Notes under the pieces: model-generated
Databases searched by the model: none
The model's input: only the letters and a program-made list of their open reading frames with translations
Told to the model about the DNA's origin: nothing
Translations under genes and position numbers: made by a program
Part shown: in pieces, positions 1 through 8,733 of the stretch
How the letters are laid out: every line of letters begins with the position of its first letter
Numbering within the stretch: the first letter of the stretch is position 1
Source: an uncultured archaeon
GTDB taxonomy: Archaea; Thermoproteota; Nitrososphaeria; Nitrososphaerales; Gagatemarchaeaceae
Direction: 5' to 3'
Length of the DNA stretch: 64,000 nt
Assembly: GCA_963817525.1 (NCBI GenBank)
Contig: CAWFOU010000007.1
Location: 928,001-992,000, forward strand

Positions 1-356
1 AGCAGCGCCGTGCACTCGCTCACGGTGCTCCTCGGCAGCCTGACCAGCTCGCAGAGGTCCCCGTTCCTCAGCTCCCCCTCGCCGCGCGCCAGCGCCCTGA
101 GGACCTTGCGCGCCGTCTCGCTCTGCAGGACAGCGTAGGCCGCCTTGGAGCCGTCCGCCGTGCCCGCGGGGTAGAGCCTCTGGTATCGGCCCTCCTTCGA
201 GCAGACTATCTCGCCGTCCTTGGCGAGCCCCTTGACGTGGTATCGAGCGGTGCTGAAGGAGGTCCCCAACAGCTTCTGGAGCCTCCGCAGGTGGATGCCG
301 GGGGAGAGCGAGACTATCATCTTGGCCCTCGCTCTGTTGGAGTTCTGGAGGCTCAA
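1..356 (-). CDS. Winged-helix transcriptional regulator (double wHTH, COG3398-like), runs off the window edge
   Basis: Not in the ORF track. Manual translation from TTG at 356 (TTGA overlap with the upstream stop): MSLQNSNRARAKMIVSLSPGIHLRRLQKLLGTSFSTARYHVKGLAKDGEI...LRNGDLCELVRLPRSTVSEC, two HTH-like segments. Confidence 0.75.
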   Translation of the reverse strand, partial: MSLQNSNRARAKMIVSLSPGIHLRRLQKLLGTSFSTARYHVKGLAKDGEIVCSKEGRYQRLYPAGTADGSKAAYAVLQSETARKVLRALARGEGELRNGDLCELVRLPRSTVSECTAL

Positions 357-1120
357 GGCGTCTGGGCCCCTCCCGAGCCCGGCCCGCTCGCCGCCACGTT
401 CACCTCGCCGCCCTGCAGGTAGACGTGGATGGGAGAGAGCACTGAGCAGTAGATGGTGAACGTGCCCACCACGTCGGCCACGAAGCTCACAGTGATGGCC
501 TGTCCGGGGCTGATCGACTCGATTTTGCTGTCGAAGTAGTGCGCGACCTGGAAGCCCAGGGGCTCCCCGTAGGTGTTGCAGACCGTGATTGCCACGTCCG
601 ACCCGTTGGTGACGTCGAGGATCGGCCAAGGCTTGACGGGGGCGCCGTGGACGACGCTATCGTTGTACCCCATGGAGCTCCCAACTATCAGGAACCCGCC
701 CGCGGGCCTCACGCACCCCGAAGGGAGCGCCGGGCCGCCGCCCGAGCTTGAGACGTACGCGGTCGAGGCGAGCAGCGCGATTGCCACGAAGGCCGCCAGC
801 GAGCCCAGGCCCACGCGCCTCCTCGCCCCCGATGACCAAAGCATGGCGACCAGGAAGCTGACGCCCATCAGCAGCTCGAGCGAGGGGATTAGGTACATGT
901 CCATCAGCTGGACGGCGGCCGCTCCCGCACCCGCGAAGAGCTCGAGGGCCGTCGTGCTGGCCGAGCCGACGCAGAGGAAGATGAACGCTAGCATGAGCAG
1001 CAGGTATCGCCCGTCTCGCCTCCTCTTGTAGGCGCTCACCGAGACCACCATAAGGGCGGCAGATATCCCGGTCAGGGCTAACTGCACAGCGTCGTCGTAG
1101 TATGAAGCGACCGGGAACAA
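353..1120 (-). CDS. Membrane protein (about 4 TM) with C-terminal cupredoxin-like domain
   Basis: Hydrophobic N-terminal half; C-terminal ITVSFVADVVGTFTIYCSVLSPIHVYLQG resembles a degenerate cupredoxin C-x3-C-x3-H-x2-M loop. Confidence 0.7.
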   Translation of the reverse strand: MFPVASYYDDAVQLALTGISAALMVVSVSAYKRRRDGRYLLLMLAFIFLCVGSASTTALELFAGAGAAAVQLMDMYLIPSLELLMGVSFLVAMLWSSGARRRVGLGSLAAFVAIALLASTAYVSSSGGGPALPSGCVRPAGGFLIVGSSMGYNDSVVHGAPVKPWPILDVTNGSDVAITVCNTYGEPLGFQVAHYFDSKIESISPGQAITVSFVADVVGTFTIYCSVLSPIHVYLQGGEVNVAASGPGSGGAQTP

Positions 1121-1174
1121 CGACAGGAAACCCGGAGGGCTCGATTTAAGGCGTGCGCGATTTCGGCGTTTGAG

Positions 1175-1714
1175 CTACGGGATGAGGACTGCCGCCGCGA
1201 CTACCGACGTCCACAGGCCTTTCTTGTCGCCCTCCGCGGACTGCGCCACGTTGGACGTCCTGATGATGAGCCCGCTCCCCTTGAAGAGCTGCTCCCTCTC
1301 CTCCCAGGCCGTCGCTGGGTCGAAAGTGATCCCCATCGTGGTCGCGAGCATAGTCGCCGCCAGGTCCTCTGCGTAGTCCCCCGCGGCCTCCTCGGTCTGA
1401 CCGTATGCGTGGTGCTCGGAGATGTAGCCGTAGGTCCTCGTGGATGGGATAGCCAAGCCCACCGACGCTGCGATGAGCCTGTTGGGCTCCCTTGTGGAGT
1501 TCCTCGCCATCATGACGAAAGTCACCTCGCCGGGCGTCAGCATCTTCCTCCCCTTCTCCTTCGGGATGACTTTGCAGCCGGCCGGGACGATGCTCGAGAC
1601 CTGGACGAGGTTGCAGTGCTGTATACCTGCGTCCCTGAGAGCGAGCTCGAAAGACTGGAGCTTTTCTTTGTGTTTGCCTACACCGTTGGTCAGGAAGAGG
1701 CGCCTCGGAATCAA
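1175..1714 (-). CDS. pdaD: Pyruvoyl-dependent arginine decarboxylase
   Basis: [24 protein letters not shown] (Ser-Ser self-cleavage site), [20 protein letters not shown]. Confidence 0.93.
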   Translation of the reverse strand: MIPRRLFLTNGVGKHKEKLQSFELALRDAGIQHCNLVQVSSIVPAGCKVIPKEKGRKMLTPGEVTFVMMARNSTREPNRLIAASVGLAIPSTRTYGYISEHHAYGQTEEAAGDYAEDLAATMLATTMGITFDPATAWEEREQLFKGSGLIIRTSNVAQSAEGDKKGLWTSVVAAAVLIP

Positions 1715-1871
1715 TGCGCGGGGTGCGCGCCCGTTGATTGACTATTGAATCTTTTCGGTGGTGTCACTAGCGGCCGACTCGCCTATCGCAGAGCCTGCCC
1801 GGGGTTCGAAGCGTCAAGTTCCTCTAGTGCAATCCACTTCGGGGCATATTAACCGCGGTCGACACTAGATC

Positions 1872-2303
1872 TTGATATCAATGGAAAACGCACCCGACGA
1901 CCTACAGCGAATACTTGGACCCAACGAGCGAGTCGAGCTCTACATATGGCGGAAGATCTACCACCCGAAGATAAACGTCGACTCTGTGATAATAACGAAC
2001 GAGCGCATCATCCTGCGGCATCCCCACGCGCTCGGCTTGAAGAAGGATTACACCGACTTCAACTACAAGGACATCGCGAACGCGGTCCTCGAGACGGGGG
2101 TCCTTCGTTCCACCATCAAGTGCACGCTCAGGCTCGGAGGGGAACCTCTCACTCTCGGCGACCTCCCCAACTCGGAGGCGGAGAAAGCATACGGGATAAT
2201 CAGGCAGAACTCGGCCGCCGGCCAGGCTCCTCAGCCTGCCGTAGTTACCGTGGCCGCCCCCGCCGCGGTCACCCCTCCGATGAGCGACTTGACCGCCAAG
2301 TAG
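1872..2303 (+). CDS. Bacterial-type PH (bPH) domain protein
   Basis: DSVIITNERII...DYTDFNYKDIANAVLETGVLRSTI pattern; ATATTAA TATA box at about 1846; ATG at 1881 is an alternative start. Confidence 0.75.
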   Translation: MISMENAPDDLQRILGPNERVELYIWRKIYHPKINVDSVIITNERIILRHPHALGLKKDYTDFNYKDIANAVLETGVLRSTIKCTLRLGGEPLTLGDLPNSEAEKAYGIIRQNSAAGQAPQPAVVTVAAPAAVTPPMSDLTAK

Positions 2304-2548
2304 CCTTTGGTTCTGGCGTGCACAAGATGGACGTCGAATCCGCGCGCTGGCAGAGTGACCACTCGGTTGGGCCCGCGGATGCGGTTGGAGAGACACGGCA
2401 GGACGCAGAGGCAGGCTCGGGGAGTGACGCCCGCCGGCGCTCCCCAAACTGCGACCTTCAGCGAAATAGTTGCAATTCCTTCACTGCATATCGAACCACT
2501 GGTGCAATGAATCTACAACCACGTAAGCAGACATCTCATTAGAGGAGC

Positions 2549-2674
2549 ATGTCAATAAGTAAGTTTCTGAGGACGAAAAGGAGCGGTGACGGCGGGGACA
2601 TGATCGTTTTCGCGGTCATCGTTGTCGGGGTCCTCGCGTTCTTCGGGTTCATAACGCTGAACTTCCACATCTAG
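2549..2674 (+). CDS. 41-aa single-TM microprotein
   Basis: Manual: MSISKFLRTKRSGDGGDMIVFAVIVVGVLAFFGFITLNFHI; AGAGGAG just upstream; 12 bp before the next small gene. Confidence 0.5.
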   Translation: MSISKFLRTKRSGDGGDMIVFAVIVVGVLAFFGFITLNFHI

Positions 2675-2686
2675 AGCAGAAAAACA

Positions 2687-2866
2687 ATGGATCTATTCTG
2701 GACGGTAGCCGCAGTCCTGGTGGTCCTGTGGTTCTTCGGGCTAATAGGCGGCATCGGGGGAGAGCTAATCAACCTCCTGGTGGTCGTCGCCATAGTCGTG
2801 GTGGCCTACAGGCTGTATCAGGGCAGAAACCCCGTCACTGGAAAGTCCGAGACGCACCCGGTCTAA
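2687..2866 (+). CDS. lmo0937/DUF5670-family small membrane protein (59 aa)
   Basis: Manual: MDLFWTVAAVLVVLWFFGLIGGIGGELINLLVVVAIVVVAYRLYQGRNPVTGKSETHPV matches the family pattern W-x-I..L.V.W.LG....GG.I..LLV.A.......L..GR. Confidence 0.75.
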   Translation: MDLFWTVAAVLVVLWFFGLIGGIGGELINLLVVVAIVVVAYRLYQGRNPVTGKSETHPV

Positions 2867-3090
2867 AGGCCGGCACACGGCGCGAAGCGTGGGTGCCCTA
2901 CGCTTTTCCTTCGGCCTTGGGTCTTCCCCCTCCAGTGGTGTCGTTTCTCCTGAGCAGATTTCTGACCATCTCCCTTCTCCGCCAATCTGTAGACCTCGAA
3001 CGAAGCGCGGAGCGGGTGATTCCAAACATGAACCTCCCGCCTCGGTGGCAATGAAGTGCGGCGGAGGAGCCGCTCTAGACGTTTGTCCGG

Positions 3091-4683
3091 TCATTTAGTC
3101 CGGCGCGCTTGCCAGACATACCTGATCGAGATGTAGTACACGGGCGGATAGGTGACCAGCGCTCCTGCAATCGTGCCCAAGAGCGGCGAGACCGCGAGAG
3201 TCGCCAGGAGGACGAGCTGAACCACTACTATGCCTATGTTCCCAATCCCGCTCACGGCCTGAAATTTCAGAAATCTCTTGAACCTGCTCGCACCTTCCCC
3301 CTTCGCAGCCTTCGGCATGCGCACCGTGATCCGTTCGTTGACCAGGAAGGACGCCGAGACACCGATGATGAGCGCAAGGGCGTCCAGCCCCAGGAGCTCC
3401 GGCGATGCAAAGCTAGCGTGCGGAAGACTCAGCTTCCCGAAGAAGACCAGGAGGCCGAGGGTCAGGGCGACCTCTGTGACCCCAAAGCCCACCCCGCCCG
3501 CAATCGCGAACCTCAGCCTCTTTACGACGCCATACTTCGTCTCAAGCCTCCCGACCCCCCTCTGAACATCAGCCACAGTATGGCTGGGTTTCTTGGTCGC
3601 AGGCACGACCGAACCCGTCTTCGAAGACGTCGTGCTAGAGCCCCCGGTGGCCTTGCGGACGAAGAAGATGAAGACTACGCCGGTTATCGCCAGAAGGACC
3701 TGATAAGTGGCGATTCGCCACAGCACGACTGGCGCCCAAGCGGAGAACTTGTAGACGGTGGTGAGGTAGGACTTCATCGTCAGCTCGGTAATCCCGGCGC
3801 CGCCGATCGACACCGGGATCTGGGCTATGGCCACAACGCCGTAGGCCGCCAGGGTCGAGGAGACCAGGTCGATCTTCAGGCCTGAGGCGTTCAAGATGAT
3901 CCAGAGAGCCGCACCGACCAAGAAGTCCTCGACGATCGTCAGGCCGACCGCCTGGACCACGACGGGTAGGTTCTTCCTCCTCGCAATCTCGCGGGCTGAG
4001 AGCGAAAAATTCAGGGAGCTGACGACGGCTTGGACATAGAGGTCGTCTGCTCTCGGCCCCCCCACAAGATAGCGTGAAAATGTGAAGACAAAGTGGGGAA
4101 CGTGGATGCCTTTCACGGCTGGGATTATGAAAATGACGGTGTACCCTACTATCAAGACCGTCGCGACCAGGAATATGGTCGACCCGAGGGCCACCGCTCC
4201 TCTCGAGATAGCGTAGACCGCGGCGATGAGAGCGAAGCCGGCTCCGACGTAAATCTCGATCAGCACCTGGAAATAGCAGATTGCGAGAGCTTTCGCCCCG
4301 TCTATCCCCTTCCCCTTCAGCCAAGCCGTGAGTATGAAGAGGCCCATGCTCGTCGCAGGTGTCGAGAGAGAGACGAACTCGCTGGCAACCCTGGTGAGCG
4401 CCAGCCCCCTGATATCGGGTTTGGGGTCCCCCGCGAGGCCGAGAGTGACAATACGAAACCTCAGAACCTGCACAAGCAGCTTGGACCCGCACACACCGGC
4501 GGCGAGGGCGAACGTCAGATAGCCCAGTCTGGTAAGGTCCGAGAACTTCACCCCCGAGAGTATCGAGATGGCGATGACGACCGCCGAGGTGAGGAGCAGC
4601 CCCAGCGCGACCCATTTCATCACCGACTTTGGGAGCTGATACTCGCTGGTCGGTTTCTCGTCTCCCAAGGAAACCAAGACCAT
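3091..4683 (-). CDS. LPG-synthase-TM/UPF0104 flippase-like protein fused to a C-terminal GtrA-like domain
   Basis: RVASEFVSLSTP, IPVSIGGAGITE, VVLWRIATY; C-terminal RLRFAIAGGVGFGV...SFLVNERIT...RFLKFQAVS...YYISIRYVW is GtrA-like. Confidence 0.8.
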   Translation of the reverse strand: MVLVSLGDEKPTSEYQLPKSVMKWVALGLLLTSAVVIAISILSGVKFSDLTRLGYLTFALAAGVCGSKLLVQVLRFRIVTLGLAGDPKPDIRGLALTRVASEFVSLSTPATSMGLFILTAWLKGKGIDGAKALAICYFQVLIEIYVGAGFALIAAVYAISRGAVALGSTIFLVATVLIVGYTVIFIIPAVKGIHVPHFVFTFSRYLVGGPRADDLYVQAVVSSLNFSLSAREIARRKNLPVVVQAVGLTIVEDFLVGAALWIILNASGLKIDLVSSTLAAYGVVAIAQIPVSIGGAGITELTMKSYLTTVYKFSAWAPVVLWRIATYQVLLAITGVVFIFFVRKATGGSSTTSSKTGSVVPATKKPSHTVADVQRGVGRLETKYGVVKRLRFAIAGGVGFGVTEVALTLGLLVFFGKLSLPHASFASPELLGLDALALIIGVSASFLVNERITVRMPKAAKGEGASRFKRFLKFQAVSGIGNIGIVVVQLVLLATLAVSPLLGTIAGALVTYPPVYYISIRYVWQARRTK

Positions 4684-4713
4684 TCACGGATAGCGAAGGA
4701 TGCGGAACCCGGA

Positions 4714-6147
4714 TCACACCAGTTGAGTCAGTGAGGGCGACGTAGGGTCCTCGAGGTGCTGAAGCGCGTAGATCCCGGTGTGAGGCTTCACGCCGAACAT
4801 AAGGACCGTGCCGTCCTTCACGAACATCTTGGCGTAGCTGGAGCTTATCGAGAGGATGCGCGACCTGATGGGCGAGTCCTTTGCCAAGAAGAGGATGTGC
4901 GCGTCGTGCGACTGCTGGAGGGTGATTATCTCCTGCGAAGTCACCTCGAGGAGGGAATCCAGGTCGGAGGCGAACAGGTTCTCGAGAGCGCTGACGGACT
5001 TCACCAGGAGCACTTTCTTGTCGACCGACTTCTTGCGCAGTCGCGTCGTCTCATTGGTGACCTCTTCGTGGATCTCCCCCGGCGTTGCAATCTTCGGGAG
5101 GTTCGTGGTCTTGAGGTCGCTGGTCCTCAGTATGTTCAGGGTGCTCAGCCGCTCCCTCACGGCCCGTTCGCCGGCGCCCTTCGCCAGGATTGAGCTGGTC
5201 TCCTCGTCGTTCGCACCTGGTAGCGGGAGAAGGATAGCGCTCCTTCCCATCGACAGGAAGTTGATGATCGGAGGCAGCCCTATCGCCCTCAGCGCGGTGT
5301 AGGGGACGTTCTCATCGTACTCGATGGCCAGAGTGCTCCCCGGGACTATGCCTCCAAACAGCCTATCCAGTGCCCTGCTCCCAAGAGAATAGGCCCCATC
5401 GATGTCCGGCCTCTGGGCGAACTTGCTCATCTTCGAGTAGTCGGGAGGAGTATAGGGTCCGAAGAAGGTGAATTTTCCCTCCAGGAGCGAGAAGATGTAC
5501 TTGTGCTGGGGTATTATCGTCCCGCGCAGTTTGTGTATGACGAACTCTCGCACGGTGCGGTCTTGTACGTCGACGCTCACCACCTCGACGATCCCGTCGA
5601 CAAGGTAGTCTATCGTCGTCGCACCGGGCTCCTCGCTCACGAAGATGAATTGGGCGCCGGAATTGTTCGCGAGCGCCATCAGGGTCTTCTCCGCGCGCAG
5701 CCTCTCTTTCTGCTCGAGCTCCTTCGCGAGGCCATCCCAGCTGTCGAAGACGATGGTCTTGACCCTATTGGGCTCGGTCAGTTGCATGACGAAGTCCAGC
5801 ACCGATGTCGCGTCCTCGAGCCTGATGTCCAGGAACTCCTGACCCTCTATGGTCTCCTTCATGGCGGGTATGTGCGTCTCAAGGAGCCCTTTCGGAACTC
5901 TTGAGGAGATGTACGCACCTTTTCCCTGACCCGCGGCCTTGAGGATCTCGAGCGCAACGGTCGTCTTGCCCGTGCCCGCGAGCCCTTTGATGAGCAGGGT
6001 GTTGATGGGGCCCTGCATGAACTGTTTCAGGCCGAGCACCGTAGAGATTCTCGTCTCTGCCAGGTCCGACAGCGCGAAGCCACCCGTCTCGGTTTGGCTG
6101 TCCGCGAGGACGAGAGGCCGCGTCCGTCGCCCTTTTCTGGCCGTCAA
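4714..6147 (-). CDS. KaiC/RecA-superfamily ATPase, GvpD-like, with degenerate second domain
   Basis: Walker A GLAGTGKTT, Walker B IVFDSWD, DYLVDGIV, IHKLRG; second domain (SLGSRALDRLFGGIVPGS) lacks Walker A. Confidence 0.8.
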   Translation of the reverse strand: MTARKGRRTRPLVLADSQTETGGFALSDLAETRISTVLGLKQFMQGPINTLLIKGLAGTGKTTVALEILKAAGQGKGAYISSRVPKGLLETHIPAMKETIEGQEFLDIRLEDATSVLDFVMQLTEPNRVKTIVFDSWDGLAKELEQKERLRAEKTLMALANNSGAQFIFVSEEPGATTIDYLVDGIVEVVSVDVQDRTVREFVIHKLRGTIIPQHKYIFSLLEGKFTFFGPYTPPDYSKMSKFAQRPDIDGAYSLGSRALDRLFGGIVPGSTLAIEYDENVPYTALRAIGLPPIINFLSMGRSAILLPLPGANDEETSSILAKGAGERAVRERLSTLNILRTSDLKTTNLPKIATPGEIHEEVTNETTRLRKKSVDKKVLLVKSVSALENLFASDLDSLLEVTSQEIITLQQSHDAHILFLAKDSPIRSRILSISSSYAKMFVKDGTVLMFGVKPHTGIYALQHLEDPTSPSLTQLV

Positions 6148-6449
6148 GCCTTCGCGCCCTTCTCAACCGCGCGCATGACCGTGTCGAAATCGAAGACCCC
6201 TTCAATGCTCAGTAGGTCTAGCGACCACTGGAGCCTTGTCGCGAGATCCCTCACTATGGCCCGTTCGAGCGATGTCGTTCCTTGCGGGCCGAAGAGCGCG
6301 AGCAGCCTCTTGTGGAACTCGCCCGGCTGGGGAAGACCACGCGCCATCTTCATGTGAACCAGGACCGCGGCCGTCCCGCTCTGGCCCAGAACCTTGTCCA
6401 AGCCACCGTGCACCGCGTTGTTGAACGAAGTGGCGAAGTCATCACTCAT
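6144..6449 (-). CDS. Small KaiC-associated helical protein (DUF3227-like)
   Basis: AVHGGLDKVLGQSGTAAV...PGEFHKRLLALFGPQGTTSLERAIVRDL; 4-bp overlap with the ATPase gene. Confidence 0.65.
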   Translation of the reverse strand: MSDDFATSFNNAVHGGLDKVLGQSGTAAVLVHMKMARGLPQPGEFHKRLLALFGPQGTTSLERAIVRDLATRLQWSLDLLSIEGVFDFDTVMRAVEKGAKA

Positions 6450-6509
6450 TTACGCCCCAGTTTGTCCGGGAACTTTAAAAATGAATCCGATATCTGAACT
6501 AATGTTTCG

Positions 6510-7643
6510 TCAAGATTGCGGAGTCTCAACGTCGAGACCACCCGGAGCAGAGAGACGTCCTTCGGAAGTTTCGCGAGGAGGCTCTTTGGGCTCTACGGAG
6601 CTCGCCTTCGTGGCCCCCGTCGCCTTTCGCGTGAATTGCAAAAACGCGACTCCAGACACCGCCAAAACGACCTGGAAAGAAGCGATCCTCCAGAGAACGA
6701 TTGCCGTCCAGGAGGAGAATCCGTAGACAGACAGCAGGTAAGCCGCCATCGTAAGCTCCGTGATTCCAGAGCCCCCGATTGAGACCGGGAGGGCAGCGAT
6801 CGTCAGGACTCCGAACGCCGCGATGGTGGATGAGAATATGTCAATGTGCAAGCCCGCTGCGTTCAGGACCAGCCAGAGGGCGGTCCCCTCCAAGAAGTCC
6901 TCGAGGATGGTCAGCCCCACTGCCTTGACCACCACCGGGAGGGTCCGTCTGTTCATTATCGCCCTCGCCGCAAGTGAAAAGTTCAGGGAGCCTACGACGG
7001 CGCGGACATACAGAGCTCTCGCTCTCGGCGCACCCAACAGGAGGGACGCTAGGCTGAAGACGCGGTGCGGGACCTTGAGAGACTTGAGAGCCGGGACTAC
7101 GAAGACGAGGGTGTACCCGATGACCAGGACCGTCGCGATTACAGCGATTGTCGACCCGATGACCACCGCCCCCCTCGACAACGCATACGCCGCTGCGATG
7201 AGCCCAAAGCCGGCCCCGACGTATACCTCGATGAGCACTTCGAAGTAGCCGATCCAGAGCGACTTGCCGCCTTCCACCCCCTTTCCAGAGAGCCACGCCG
7301 CACGCAGGACTGGGCCGCCGACCTCCGACGGGGTCGACATCGCTATGAACTCGCTGCTCATCCTAGCGATCGCCACCCCTCTAAGGTCTGGTTTCGGGTC
7401 GTCAGCCAACCCTGAAGCTATCACCCTGAACCTCAAGGTCTGGACCAGCAGCCTCGCCACGGACGCCGCGGCGGCCAGGCCGAAGGGAAGGTAGCCGAGC
7501 CGCTCAAGGTCAGACCAGCTCACACCCGAGAATATGGTGATGGCGATGACGACGGCGGAGCTCAGCGCCACGCCGACGGCGACCCACCTCAGGACCGACT
7601 TGGACGGCCTGTAGTCCGCAGCCGGCGCCTCGGTCTCCTTCAT
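6510..7643 (-). CDS. LPG-synthase-TM/UPF0104 flippase-like protein (paralogue of 3091..4683, no GtrA domain)
   Basis: RMSSEFIAMSTPSEVGG, LPVSIGGSGITE, IVLWRIASF; colinear with the 530-aa paralogue. Confidence 0.82.
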   Translation of the reverse strand: MKETEAPAADYRPSKSVLRWVAVGVALSSAVVIAITIFSGVSWSDLERLGYLPFGLAAAASVARLLVQTLRFRVIASGLADDPKPDLRGVAIARMSSEFIAMSTPSEVGGPVLRAAWLSGKGVEGGKSLWIGYFEVLIEVYVGAGFGLIAAAYALSRGAVVIGSTIAVIATVLVIGYTLVFVVPALKSLKVPHRVFSLASLLLGAPRARALYVRAVVGSLNFSLAARAIMNRRTLPVVVKAVGLTILEDFLEGTALWLVLNAAGLHIDIFSSTIAAFGVLTIAALPVSIGGSGITELTMAAYLLSVYGFSSWTAIVLWRIASFQVVLAVSGVAFLQFTRKATGATKASSVEPKEPPRETSEGRLSAPGGLDVETPQS

Positions 7644-8082
7644 TATTCCAGCCCAGGCCCTTACTCTGGACTATTCCGAGGCATAACTTACCCGAGCGAC
7701 TTCCTGGTCTGCTCTTTCCACTCCGTCAATTTCCAATTCCCGCGATGGTCGGAGACCATCTCTGCCTTCCTTGAGATCGGCTACCAGCCAGCGCAGGTCC
7801 TCGGCGTCCGAAGACTTCCTCGAGCACCCCAGTGTTCCGTCTCGTGCATGGACAAGTTGACCTCGAAGAGGAGGAGAGGACGGCGCCAAACCACTCTGCG
7901 CTTGTCCTTGTTCATGTCCGCACCTATTCTTCGGCCGCCTTCTATAACCTCGAGCAAGCTAGAGCTAGTGAAATGTTATCATTCATGGCGACGACAGCTA
8001 TGCGCGCGAAGCGAGCCAGGTTCTCACGTCGAGGGTACTCCGCCTGTGTTATGGCGATAGCCGCGCGTGAGACGCATCTAGG

Positions 8083-8577
8083 TCACATCCTGTCTATGAT
8101 GCCGGAGGGGATCGATTTTTTCGAGCCGACGACCTCTACGATCTCGCTCCATATCACATCCTTCACATTAGGCATGGCCTTCACCAGTTCGAGTAGCCCG
8201 AGCAGCTCCGAGTTGTCTTTGATTATAACCTCCGCCCTCAGGTCGATGGTATGCTCCCCGATCGACCTGCCTACCGAAACCACCTCGTCGCGCTTCAGCA
8301 GCTCGCGCGCTATCGGGAGGGTCGCGCCGCCTCCGGTGTAGATCAGGAGGTCGACTCGCCTGAACCCGAGGCTGTCGAGATTGAGAGAGTATGTGAGAGT
8401 GAGGTAGTTCTTCTCCAAGTAGTCGCGCCTTCGCTGGATGGTGCTGCGCGGGACCCCGAGCTCCTGCTCCAAGACACGGCTGGAGACCTTCCCTATGGGC
8501 TCGAGTAGAAGTTTCAGTATCTTCTTGTCTACTTCAGAAAAGGAGTGCGGCGTTGCCATGTCTTCATTCCTGGCCAA
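8083..8577 (-). CDS. Lrp/AsnC-like transcriptional regulator (copy 1 of 3)
   Basis: FSEVDKKILKLL...LGVPRSTIQRRRDYLE HTH plus RAM-like C-terminal domain; near-identical to 29766 and 32042. Confidence 0.85.
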   Translation of the reverse strand: MARNEDMATPHSFSEVDKKILKLLLEPIGKVSSRVLEQELGVPRSTIQRRRDYLEKNYLTLTYSLNLDSLGFRRVDLLIYTGGGATLPIARELLKRDEVVSVGRSIGEHTIDLRAEVIIKDNSELLGLLELVKAMPNVKDVIWSEIVEVVGSKKSIPSGIIDRM

Positions 8578-8733
8578 CAGGTCGAGGGAGAGCCCGCCTT
8601 CGCGCTAACGACAACCAGCCGAGTCTCTCCATCCCCGCTTATCTCAAACGTGTAATTGGAGCGTCGGTTTAGTTAAGCCCTCGGGTTGAGATGTGGGGGA
8701 AGGTTTACCTCGTAAACCATCAGCTTATATCGA

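Noticed and set aside
3109-5904. Long overlapping ORFs such as 3109..3885, 3635..4717 and 4093..4734 (also 11477..12556, 21342..22364, 40915..41700, 62997..63782)
   Set aside because: Antisense or alternate-frame shadows of well-supported genes in GC-rich DNA; Arg/Gly/Pro-rich with no motifs.
4714-6147. Gas vesicle cluster
   Set aside because: Only a GvpD-like P-loop protein is present; no gvpA or other gvp genes are in the window.
7671-7915. Small ORF(s) between the flippase and Lrp genes
   Set aside because: Competing frames with no motif; none could be supported.
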